From NCBI GenBank assembly GCA_964371555.1, contig CAYJMQ010000004.1, forward strand, positions 1,380-65,379: DNA of 64,000 bases. Direction: 5' to 3'. This DNA is from an uncultured bacterium (GTDB taxonomy: Bacteria; Bdellovibrionota; JACOXK01; 2-02-FULL-40-11). Under the pieces are notes generated by a model that saw nothing but the letters and a program-made list of their open reading frames with translations, searched no databases and was not told where the DNA came from. Below, one piece after another: positions 42,301 through 49,752 of the stretch. The translations under genes were made by a program, and so were the position numbers. Each line of letters opens with the position of its first letter. Positions within the stretch are counted from its first letter, which is position 1.

Positions 42301-42457
42301 CTTCAGTTAAAATAGTTACTGTGGGGCGATTTAAATCAGGGAATACATCTACAGGCAGATGCATCAGTACATAGGTGCCGTAAACCAGCAAAAAAGCTGC
42401 GCTAGAGACAACAAAAAGTCGATTGGTCAAAGAAAAACGAATAATTTTATTAAGCAT
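39320..42457 (-). CDS. Heavy-metal efflux RND transporter (CusA/CzcA family)
   Basis: A 1045-aa ORF with 12 TM helices and two large periplasmic loops. The N-terminus MLNKIIRFSLTNRLFVVSSAAFLLVYGTYVLMHLPVDVFPDLNRPTV aligns with CusA/CzcA. Confidence 0.8.
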   Translation of the reverse strand: MLNKIIRFSLTNRLFVVSSAAFLLVYGTYVLMHLPVDVFPDLNRPTVTILTEAPGMAPEEVETLVTLQLETVLNGLPGVQRVRSSSGIGLSVVYVEFDWGTDIYRNRQLVSEKLQLAKEKLPKNAIPVMGPIASIMGEIQLLGLISEKGEISPLELRTLADWVIRPRLLSIPGVAQVIAIGGGVRQYQILLSAEKIQNFQLTLEDIEHSLTHLSQNTTGGFIDQEKKEFLIRNIGMVRSEEDILNSVVGLHFGVPKLVQDVAQVKIGAQIKRGDGSVNAKPAVILSIQKQPGANTVELTKRIDKALDEIAKGFSSDVKLEKDLFKQSHFIEAAIHNVEEALRDGAILVIIVLFIFLLNFRTTMITLTAIPLSFVITAIVMKLFGITVNTMTLGGLAVAIGELVDDAIVDVENIFRRLRENKKLGKPLPVLEVIYNASSEVRNSIVFATIIVVLVFLPLFYLSGIEGRLFIPLGIAYSVSLVASLIVSLTLTPALCSYLLTKGKLMERDEGWFVRFLKYWDEKFLNWGLDHPKIVMGGLGILFLASLTLILFMGKEFLPKFNEGTATITVLANPGISLEESNKIGTQAEQLILSVSEVKSVARRTGRAEMDEHAEGVHYSEIDVDFKAKSHRSREAVLNDIREKLTTISGIYVNIGQPISHRLDHLLSGVRAQIAIKIFGTDLTTLRNKAAEIHKAIEGTRGLVDLQIEQQVLIPQVKIQLLREEAAKYGIVLGSLASMLEMALHGEIVAYTLENQRFFNVFMRFDDSSRSNIELMKKTLIKIMPDGTRVTLEEVADVYESTGPNIINRENVQRRIVVQANASGRDLDSLIQDIKSKISKNIKLPDGYFINFGGQFESQQKASKLITFLGILSLLGIFLVLYGHFKSSFIAIQIMLNIPMALIGSLIAIFLSSRILSVATLVAFITLCGIASRNGIMMISHYLHLMKHEGENFSRQMVIRGSLERLVPVLMTALTAMLALIPFVLAKGQAGKEILHPVAVVIVGGLFSSTLLDMIVTPTVFFHFGRKSAERAATYQKPVIEGGHDT

Positions 42458-42477
42458 TTTCTTGTATTTTAAATCTC

Positions 42478-42870
42478 TTATTCGAGACGGCTCGAAACCA
42501 ACCGTATAAGCTCGTCAATTTTTTCTTCGATTTTAACCTTATTATTTTCTTTCATGGTCATTCGTACACAACTTCGAATATGTTGTTTTAAAATGGCCAT
42601 TTCAATAAACTTAAGTCCCGCTGCGACGGCTTTAAATTGAATTAGGATATCGACACAATATCTCCGTTCTAAAATCATGTTTTCGATACCGCTCATCTGC
42701 CCTTTGACTTTGCTCAAGCGTGAAAGAAGTGATGTGTAATCAGGATGGTTTTTAGATGGGTCAGTGGGCACAGTTGCATCCTGGCAATGTTTACACTTTT
42801 TATGCGAATCACCTCCTAAAATTACATTTTCCATATATAGAATTCTCCTTTCTCTCTTTCTTATTGACAT
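42478..42870 (-). CDS. CsoR/RcnR/FrmR-family metal-sensing transcriptional repressor with an N-terminal Cys/His-rich extension
   Basis: The core is KVKGQMSGIENMILERRYCVDILIQFKAVAAGLKFIEMAILKQHIRSCV, which is the DUF156 signature with the conserved Cys and His ligands. The extension is HKKCKHCQD. The likely start is MENV at 42834. Confidence 0.75.
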   Translation of the reverse strand: MSIRKRERRILYMENVILGGDSHKKCKHCQDATVPTDPSKNHPDYTSLLSRLSKVKGQMSGIENMILERRYCVDILIQFKAVAAGLKFIEMAILKQHIRSCVRMTMKENNKVKIEEKIDELIRLVSSRLE

Positions 42871-42896
42871 ATACCCTATGGGGGGTATATGTCAAT
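42865..42896. promoter_or_regulatory. Palindromic operator embedded in divergent sigma70-like promoters
   Basis: TTGACATATACCC-TATGGG-GGGTATATGTCAA. The 13-bp arms are perfect. The ATACCC...GGGGTAT core resembles the B. subtilis CsoR operator. TTGACA -35 boxes lie on both strands, each about 16-17 nt from a TATATG -10-like hexamer. Confidence 0.55.
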
Positions 42897-43055
42897 AAAA
42901 CAATAAGAAATGAAGAGAGAGATCATGAAAAAATCAAAGGGGATTATATTTTACGTATTTGCCACACTCCCTCAGAGTTTTATGCTATGGAAACAGGTCA
43001 GGTGTTATGTTATGGCCCTGACGGTGGAATTTGACTTTTTGGAAGGGGGATATTT

Positions 43056-43733
43056 ATGATACGACATATTTTTTTAGGAACCTGGATCATAGGTTCATTG
43101 CTTATACTAGGGTGCCAAGATGAAGATCAATCGTTTAAAGAGTTACAAAAAAAGACTGGAAAATTTGGTATGGAAGGCGAGTTTGAAGCAGAAAATGAAA
43201 GGGCCATTAAAATGGAAGAGGATCTTTCCAGAAGACATCATTTTTATCAGTCCTTAAAAGGAACGTATGAAGGAACTCTTCAAGAAGAAGGCGGAAGTTT
43301 TAATTTAAGAATTACTTTTGCTCCTAGTCTTCCACCATATCCGAAAGATCCTAGTCGCATTAGAACTATTGAGGAAATAACATCAGATCTTACAAATTTG
43401 TATTTTAATGTACAAGTCATTCAATGGAGTCCTCAAAATCCTCTAACTTCTGTAGGATGTCGGGTAGAAGGGGTCAGACCAGATATGATTACAGGAGAAG
43501 TTTTTATCTCTTCAGAAATTTGTCCCAATTTTTATGCTCTTCTTTTATCTGATGCCACCTCTCAAGATAGCATAGGAACATTAAACAATAATCAAGAGAA
43601 AGAACTTGCAACAAGCCTTGCTCAAGCCATTATTGAAGGTCAACTCACAACGGTTTCTCAAATTCAAGGTCAAGTACGTCCTACGACAAATGCTGCTATT
43701 TATGAGTTTATCGCAAAAAGGGTTGAGATGTGA
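43056..43733 (+). CDS. Hypothetical lipoprotein
   Basis: The lipobox is LLILGCQ. It is 225 aa. It is the first gene of the divergent operon. I recognise no family. Confidence 0.45.
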   Translation: MIRHIFLGTWIIGSLLILGCQDEDQSFKELQKKTGKFGMEGEFEAENERAIKMEEDLSRRHHFYQSLKGTYEGTLQEEGGSFNLRITFAPSLPPYPKDPSRIRTIEEITSDLTNLYFNVQVIQWSPQNPLTSVGCRVEGVRPDMITGEVFISSEICPNFYALLLSDATSQDSIGTLNNNQEKELATSLAQAIIEGQLTTVSQIQGQVRPTTNAAIYEFIAKRVEM

Positions 43734-45004
43734 AGAATATCCTTAATGCTTTTTTTATTTTCTTCTTTTCTTTATTTTCTTTGGAATCTTTGGCTTCATC
43801 TGACTCTTTAACTATCTCTCTTGAAGAGATTACTCAAAAAATAAGTACAGAAAATTATCTGGTTTTAGAAAATGCCCAGCGTGTTTATCAGGCAAAAGAA
43901 GCCATCGAAGTTTCGAGAGGAAATCTTCTTCCTCATCTTAACTTTTGGAAAGTAGCTGCAATCACTTTTGAACCGATGGCAGCTATTGGCATGGTTGAAG
44001 ATATAGCTCCCTTTTTGGTACCTGCAAATTGGTTTAGAGTTAAAGAACAAGAGATACTTTATTTGGCTACTCAAGAATCTTATCGAGCTCTCTGGGCCAA
44101 TGAATTGATGACTGGTCGAAATCTCTATTTTAAAATTTTGTTTGATGAAATTCTTTTGGAAAAAATTCAGGAAAATAAAAATCTAATTAATCAAATTTTG
44201 AATATTTCAAAAATGCGAGAGAAATTAGGCGGACAAAGGCAAACTATTTCTCAAGATATTGAGGTAAGAGTTTTAGCCCTCCAGGAAGATATTCGATCTT
44301 TAGAAGTTTTAATCAATGAGGAACTTAATTCTCTTTCTTATTTGATGGGACATGCAAGTGAGGTGGAAATTAAACCACAACCCATTGATCTTCCCGAATT
44401 TGAAAATTTTGAACCGTTGAATTACACAGATTTTGAATTTAGAGTGCTAGATACAGCTCCTGAATTGAGACAGATGGAATATTTAGTGAAGGTAGCTGAC
44501 TTGGTTAAAAAAGAAGAAGAGTTTTCATTTTTAGGGGGATCGAATTTAAGTCGAGGCGTTGCAGGAGGAGTTTTTGATGGACTTCCAATGGGTGTAGGAG
44601 GGCTTGGATTTGGGCTTGCCCCTGCAATTCGTGTGGCTAAGGCGCAAAAAGAAATTTTAAAAATTCAAAAAAGAGGAATCGAAGAGGTTCTTAAAAGGCA
44701 ACTTAAAAATTTAGTCAATAATTATAATTTAGACTTAGAAAATCATGTGAATTTAAAAAGACGCTCAGAGCTTACAAAAAATATTTTAGACAACCTCTTT
44801 AGAAGATTAACCTTGGGAGAAGAAATAGAAGTTTTAGATCTTGTGGAAGCTTCAAGAAATTATATTCAAGCATCCAGTTCCTTTTTTGCCATCAATTATC
44901 GTTTTTTAGCCAATGAAGATAAGCTTTCACGTCTTATTTTTCATGGAGACTATGATAAAAAGCCAGCCGGTTTAGAAGAAGTAGAAAAGAGAAGCAAAGA
45001 ATAA
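43730..45004 (+). CDS. Outer-membrane efflux protein-like (TolC-family) protein
   Basis: It has a signal peptide. It is 424 aa. The N-terminal LTISLEEITQKISTENYLVLENAQRV is the OMF helix signature, and the repeat halves are duplicated. It overlaps the upstream stop by 4 nt. Confidence 0.5.
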   Translation: MKNILNAFFIFFFSLFSLESLASSDSLTISLEEITQKISTENYLVLENAQRVYQAKEAIEVSRGNLLPHLNFWKVAAITFEPMAAIGMVEDIAPFLVPANWFRVKEQEILYLATQESYRALWANELMTGRNLYFKILFDEILLEKIQENKNLINQILNISKMREKLGGQRQTISQDIEVRVLALQEDIRSLEVLINEELNSLSYLMGHASEVEIKPQPIDLPEFENFEPLNYTDFEFRVLDTAPELRQMEYLVKVADLVKKEEEFSFLGGSNLSRGVAGGVFDGLPMGVGGLGFGLAPAIRVAKAQKEILKIQKRGIEEVLKRQLKNLVNNYNLDLENHVNLKRRSELTKNILDNLFRRLTLGEEIEVLDLVEASRNYIQASSSFFAINYRFLANEDKLSRLIFHGDYDKKPAGLEEVEKRSKE

Positions 45005-45472
45005 ATGAAAAAAATTTTAAAACTCAGTTTTTTATTTTTAATTTTTACAGGATGTAACGAAGAGGAGGAAATTCAAAAATGGATTGATAAGGTAGATAAT
45101 CTCCGATCAAAAGTAGAACAAGAATTACCTATTACTCCCTATCAAGATTCTCAACATCAGGCTTTTAAAGAATACTTTTCCGAACTTAATCAAATGATAT
45201 TAAAATTAGGGGATGATGAAGAACTCATAAAGCCATTTAATGGGGTTGTTTCAAAAAGTGATTTGGTCGTTTTATGTCCGAAAATCTTTTTGTCTAAAGA
45301 AAATTGGATGCTTCTCATGGGAAGATGTCAAAAAAATCGTTTCTTTTTATGTGCTGAAGAAGTTCGTTCTTATCCTACCATCGTCTCTCGGCTCAGAGAA
45401 CACTTAGGTACGGAACAACAAAAAAGATTTGACGAAGTATCAGCATGTCGGGAAATATCAGAAGTTCAATAG
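45005..45472 (+). CDS. Hypothetical lipoprotein
   Basis: The lipobox is LIFTGCN. It is 155 aa. It starts 1 nt after the upstream stop. Confidence 0.45.
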   Translation: MKKILKLSFLFLIFTGCNEEEEIQKWIDKVDNLRSKVEQELPITPYQDSQHQAFKEYFSELNQMILKLGDDEELIKPFNGVVSKSDLVVLCPKIFLSKENWMLLMGRCQKNRFFLCAEEVRSYPTIVSRLREHLGTEQQKRFDEVSACREISEVQ

Positions 45473-45494
45473 ATGTGAAATATCACATGTTACA

Positions 45495-45857
45495 TTACAT
45501 TTTAATAGTGGCTCCTTTTACACCTTCCAACGTAGAAGCCTCTACCTCGATTGATCCACCAAATGTCCAACGTTTAAAAAGTATACACCATCGCCCTTGA
45601 AAATCAGTCAGTGTTGTATAATAAGATTCATCATGTTTTACAGTTACCAATAGCGGCTTTTTACCTTCCGGATGAGTAGCTGTTCCACAAGCTTCTAGAG
45701 CACCATTCCCCCTAATGTTCGTGAGAGAGGTTATTTTTAAATCTATCTCTTTTGCAAAAGCCCCTTTTATATTTATAAGGCCTAAAACAATTGCAACACA
45801 AAATCCAATATTTATTACCATTTTCTTCATTTTCATCCTCCATTGGGTAATATGCAA
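45495..45857 (-). CDS. Hypothetical small secreted protein
   Basis: It has a signal peptide (MKKMVINIGFCVAIVLGLINIKGAFA). It is about 110 aa mature and has 2 Cys. I recognise no family. Confidence 0.4.
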   Translation of the reverse strand: MHITQWRMKMKKMVINIGFCVAIVLGLINIKGAFAKEIDLKITSLTNIRGNGALEACGTATHPEGKKPLLVTVKHDESYYTTLTDFQGRWCILFKRWTFGGSIEVEASTLEGVKGATIKM

Positions 45858-45978
45858 AATTTCCGCGATTAAGTCCAGTCAACTTCCATGTAGTTTTTTG
45901 CGATGAGTGATTTTTAAATGACACAACTCCTATTTTTTGCTTGTCATGAGAACAGCGCTTTTCTATACTCCGCTTGAG

Positions 45979-46494
45979 ATGGATTCAATACGGGAGAAAA
46001 TCCGGGATATTCCTGACTTTCCCAAAAAGGGGGTTATTTTTAAAGATATTACCCCTCTTCTGAATGACGCGAAGATATTCAAAAAAGTAATCAGCATCTT
46101 TCTTGAATGCTACCAAAATGAAAAAATTGATAAGGTGGTGGCGATTGAATCGCGTGGATTTATTTTTGGTTCGGTTTTGGCCTATGAGCTCAACGCGGGT
46201 CTTTGCGTGGTTCGAAAAATGGGAAAACTCCCATATAAGACAATCAAGAAATCGTACGACTTGGAATATGGAACAGACCACCTTGAAATTCACGAAGACT
46301 CCATTAAAGCGGGGGAACGGGTCTTGATTGTCGATGATCTTCTGGCAACCGGCGGAACTGCGGAGGCGGTCATTCATCTCGTAAAAGAGCTTGGCGGAAC
46401 GGTTGCGGGTCTTGCCTTCCTGATTGAGCTGCGGTTTCTCAAAGGGAGAGAGAAACTCAAAGGCTACGATATCTATACGATGATTCAGTATTAA
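45979..46494 (+). CDS. apt: Adenine phosphoribosyltransferase
   Basis: DFPKKGVIFKDITPLL ... VVAIESRGFIFG ... VLIVDDLLATGGTAEA is the PRPP-binding motif. The ORF-track start at 45937 is also possible. Confidence 0.85.
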   Translation: MDSIREKIRDIPDFPKKGVIFKDITPLLNDAKIFKKVISIFLECYQNEKIDKVVAIESRGFIFGSVLAYELNAGLCVVRKMGKLPYKTIKKSYDLEYGTDHLEIHEDSIKAGERVLIVDDLLATGGTAEAVIHLVKELGGTVAGLAFLIELRFLKGREKLKGYDIYTMIQY

Positions 46495-47453
46495 TCGTCA
46501 AAAGGGATATCAAGAGGTTCCATCAAAGGGGACGGCGCCAGATCCTTTATTTGAAAACATTCAAAAACAGGGAGTGAGCAGTCAGCATAGGGAGCCACAC
46601 GAAAATCTGCTACCTTGAAACATGCATAAGTGTAGGCCTCTTCGAGAGAAACAATTCCGCTGCCATCAAAGTCTGCTTCTGGAATCAGCGGACCTTCTGG
46701 ATAGCTCCCATTTAAAGCGGAAAAAAAATGATAGGTGAAAACCCCAAAATCGTAGGCTTCGCACTTCTGTGCCTCAGTATCAGTATAACGTTCCCCGTTC
46801 TTAAAAGGAGCCCAATAGCTTTTTTTGCTCTCATCAGCCGAAGCAAAAAAAAGATACTCGCGGCCATTATTGTCCAAGATTTCTCTACCAAAAACTTCTA
46901 TAAAAGAACCGCTATAACAAGCCTCTATAAAAAGGGTGATCTCCTGCGACCCGTGAAAGTTTTTCTTAAGCCACTCTTTCAATTCGACGCTTTCAATATC
47001 TTTATTTTCCCCGATGATTGATTCCAGACAAAGCCTGCTCTTTAACCCATGCATGGTAAAGTAGAGAAAAATTTGCGCGTTATGGTTTTTAACTTTTTCT
47101 CCAAGCTCTTTAAAGGCATCAGCGACATTGTTAAATGTCGTCCCCCATTTCACATCCCATCTTCCATCCCCGTCTAAATCAGGGAGCGTGTTTTTCAAGC
47201 CGCCATCTTTCCAGGCCAAAGAAACCAAGGGGCTTACCACAATGATATTTTCTTTTGGCACCCCCCTTTTTATCAGAGTCAAATAAACAAGTTTCAAATT
47301 GTTGGTTGTCCAGGGCTCTTTTGATCCTTGAACCAGAATCGCATACGTCTGATCCCCCCCCTCCAAAGTTCTCTCATCTTCGGGATTTGGCCAACAGAGA
47401 GAAGGAAAAAAAATGGGAAAAAGCATCAAAAATAAGAGTCCTCTCATAAACAA
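46491..47453 (-). CDS. Secreted caspase-like cysteine peptidase, C13 (legumain/GPI-transamidase)-like
   Basis: It has a signal peptide. The His-Gly dyad is in FTMHGLKSRL and the catalytic Cys is in IEACYSGSF, matching the C13 H-G ... A-C-x-S-G arrangement. It is 320 aa. Confidence 0.5.
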   Translation of the reverse strand: MFMRGLLFLMLFPIFFPSLCWPNPEDERTLEGGDQTYAILVQGSKEPWTTNNLKLVYLTLIKRGVPKENIIVVSPLVSLAWKDGGLKNTLPDLDGDGRWDVKWGTTFNNVADAFKELGEKVKNHNAQIFLYFTMHGLKSRLCLESIIGENKDIESVELKEWLKKNFHGSQEITLFIEACYSGSFIEVFGREILDNNGREYLFFASADESKKSYWAPFKNGERYTDTEAQKCEAYDFGVFTYHFFSALNGSYPEGPLIPEADFDGSGIVSLEEAYTYACFKVADFRVAPYADCSLPVFECFQIKDLAPSPLMEPLDIPFDD

Positions 47454-47608
47454 TCTCCTAGTATATGCTTCTGCAACAGACGTGCCACAATATAACTTTT
47501 CTACTTTAAAAAATTATGATGTTATTTCATAAGGTTAAAAAGTTCCCGACTTAAAGTGTTGGCCGTCATCCGGCAAAAAATGACATTTTTTGTCGCGCGG
47601 CAGCCGAC

Positions 47609-48238
47609 TTATGGCAAATAATTGATCGGATTTTGCGGCTCTTCGAAGCGGCGGATTTCGAAATGGAGATGGGGGCCGGTGGAGCGGCCGGTGGAGCCGA
47701 TGCGCGCAATCGCCTGCCCTCTTTGGACCCTCATCCCTTTTGTGACGAGAAGTTTTGAGGCGTGCGCGTAAACAGTCGAAATACCGTGCCCATGGTAAAT
47801 AATGACAACATTCCCATAACCAGGATCCTCTCCACTGTGAATGACTTTCCCTGAACGAACCGCCTTGATTTTTGAACCGAAAGGGGCCAGGATATCGATG
47901 CCGTTGTGGAATGTCCCCCACCTTCTCCCATATTCAGAAGAAACAACCCCTCTGACAGGCCAGATAAAGAGATGGCTTTTCCGCTCCCCCCTAAAAGATT
48001 CTCCATACGATGCTTTGAGCGGTCCACGGGGTTCCGACAGATTTATCTGTGGTTCATTTGGAGAAACAGCGATTTTTTCAAGGGAAGGGTTAAGCCCGGC
48101 AAGCCTCTCTAAGTCGATCTGATACCGGTGGCAAATACGCGGAACCGTCTCCCCCTTTTCGACTGTATGTTTATTCTGCGGATTTTCAAAATGCGCACAG
48201 CCAACGCAAACCAAAAGCGCTAAATAAAAATATTTCAT
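47609..48238 (-). CDS. LysM domain plus M23-family metalloendopeptidase (NlpD/LytM-like)
   Basis: LysM is EKGETVPRICHRYQIDLERLAGLNP. The M23 motifs are HNGIDI, YGNVVIIYHGHG and GPHLHFEIR. Confidence 0.8.
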   Translation of the reverse strand: MKYFYLALLVCVGCAHFENPQNKHTVEKGETVPRICHRYQIDLERLAGLNPSLEKIAVSPNEPQINLSEPRGPLKASYGESFRGERKSHLFIWPVRGVVSSEYGRRWGTFHNGIDILAPFGSKIKAVRSGKVIHSGEDPGYGNVVIIYHGHGISTVYAHASKLLVTKGMRVQRGQAIARIGSTGRSTGPHLHFEIRRFEEPQNPINYLP

Positions 48239-48268
48239 TTCAATTTACTTATCGGACTAATCGAGATG

Positions 48269-48859
48269 TTAATTTAAAAATACGTTGACAAGATAAAAAC
48301 CTAAAATAAGCAAAGCAAAAAAGAGCAGGGTCAGGAGATTAAAATATCTATCAATAAATTCTTTAATGGATTCGCCAAAAAAATAGATGAGCAGCCCCAC
48401 CAAAAAAAACCGCGCCGAACGGCTGAGAAGAGAGGCTATGACAAATACGCCAAAATGGATCGAAAAGGCCCCTGAAGCGATTGTGAAGAGCTTATAAGGA
48501 ATCGGCGTAAAACCTGCAACCGCGATGGCCCAGGCATCGTATTTTTGAAAAAGAATTTTGACATGCTCATATTGCGCCTCAAGTCCATAAAAATTAAGAA
48601 TCGGCCAGCCAATGAGCGACATAAGATAAACGCCGATGGCATACCCCGCCATTCCCCCCAAAACAGAGGCGACAGATGAAACAGACGCATAAAAAAATGA
48701 GCGTTTCGGTCGTGAAATTGAAAGGGCGATCTGCAGCACATCCGGGGGGACCGGGAAAAAAGACGACTCGGCAAATGAAATTCCAAAAAGCGCGGGTGTT
48801 CCATAGGGGGTATGCGCCCAGTGGAGAACCCAATTATAAAGAGTTTTGAGTAGTTTCAT
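48269..48859 (-). CDS. DedA/YqaA-family (SNARE-associated domain) membrane protein
   Basis: A 196-aa ORF with 4-5 TM helices. It has the YqaA-like N-terminus ...GISFAESSFFPVPPDVL. Confidence 0.55.
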   Translation of the reverse strand: MKLLKTLYNWVLHWAHTPYGTPALFGISFAESSFFPVPPDVLQIALSISRPKRSFFYASVSSVASVLGGMAGYAIGVYLMSLIGWPILNFYGLEAQYEHVKILFQKYDAWAIAVAGFTPIPYKLFTIASGAFSIHFGVFVIASLLSRSARFFLVGLLIYFFGESIKEFIDRYFNLLTLLFFALLILGFYLVNVFLN

Positions 48860-49619
48860 GCAGCGTTTTCAAATTCCATTTTTTTAGGCGGCGGATTGTT
48901 TCATGATGGGTTGCATCAATATGGAGAGGGGTTACAGAAACATAGCGCTCATTAATGGCCTTGCAGTCGGTGTCCCCTTTTTGGTCATAGCCAAGATATT
49001 TCCCCCCCAGCCAATAGTAATTTCTCCCTCTCGGATCTTTTTGTTCCATGATCCGGTCGCTATAATATCGGAAACCGGTTCTGACGACACGAATTCCTTT
49101 AATATCCCGAAGCGGCAGCTCCGGGACATTGACATTTAAAAGAACCTGCTCAGGGAGCCCTGTTTTCAAAACCTGTTTTGCAATCTGATACGCATATTCC
49201 GCGGCAGGGCCAAAATCGATATCGTTATCAAGACCTTCATGGACCAGGGAAATGGCGATCGCGGGAACTTTCAAAAAAGTTGCCTCCCGGGCAACCGCAA
49301 CGGTTCCCGAATAGTGTGTGTCACTGCCGAGATTGGCCCCCCGGTTAATCCCTGAAACCACAAGATCGGGCTTTGATCGAAGAAGCTTTTTAATCCCGAT
49401 ATAGGCGCAATCGGCCGGGGTTCCATTGATAGAATAAAAACCGGAATGGATCGATTCAACCCGGATCGGTTTATGAAGCGTGAGCGAGTGCCCCGTCGTC
49501 GACCGCTCCTGAGAAGGAGCAATGACCGTCACTTTTCCAAGTCGTTTCAGGCTTTCAGCAAGAACCTGAAGTCCCGGCGCTAAAATCCCATCATCATTCG
49601 AAATAAGTATGGAAGGCAT
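48834..49619 (-). CDS. surE: 5'/3'-nucleotidase SurE
   Basis: MPSILISNDDGILAPGLQVLAESL ... VVSGINRGANLG. Confidence 0.85.
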   Translation of the reverse strand: MPSILISNDDGILAPGLQVLAESLKRLGKVTVIAPSQERSTTGHSLTLHKPIRVESIHSGFYSINGTPADCAYIGIKKLLRSKPDLVVSGINRGANLGSDTHYSGTVAVAREATFLKVPAIAISLVHEGLDNDIDFGPAAEYAYQIAKQVLKTGLPEQVLLNVNVPELPLRDIKGIRVVRTGFRYYSDRIMEQKDPRGRNYYWLGGKYLGYDQKGDTDCKAINERYVSVTPLHIDATHHETIRRLKKWNLKTLHETTQNSL

Positions 49620-49752
49620 CGAGACTATTTCGTAGGAAGCTTTGGCGGTGTTGTGCCAAACTTTTTTATTTTCTTTTTTCTTTTTTTCCCAAGCTTCGTT
49701 TTTTTGCGAAGCCTTCGAATCTCAGTCATGCGTGTATTTGAGACCATATAAT

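Noticed and set aside
47556-47592. A short hairpin (GTCAT-loop-ATGAC plus T-run) downstream of the M23 peptidase gene.
   Set aside because: The stem is only 4-5 bp, and the T-run is on the wrong strand for the - strand gene. The support is too weak to call a terminator.
49640-49720. GCTTCG-TTTTTTT-GCGAAGC hairpin between surE and the epimerase gene.
   Set aside because: The A/T runs are on the wrong side relative to the - strand genes for an intrinsic terminator. It is possibly just promoter-region structure. It is noted but not called.
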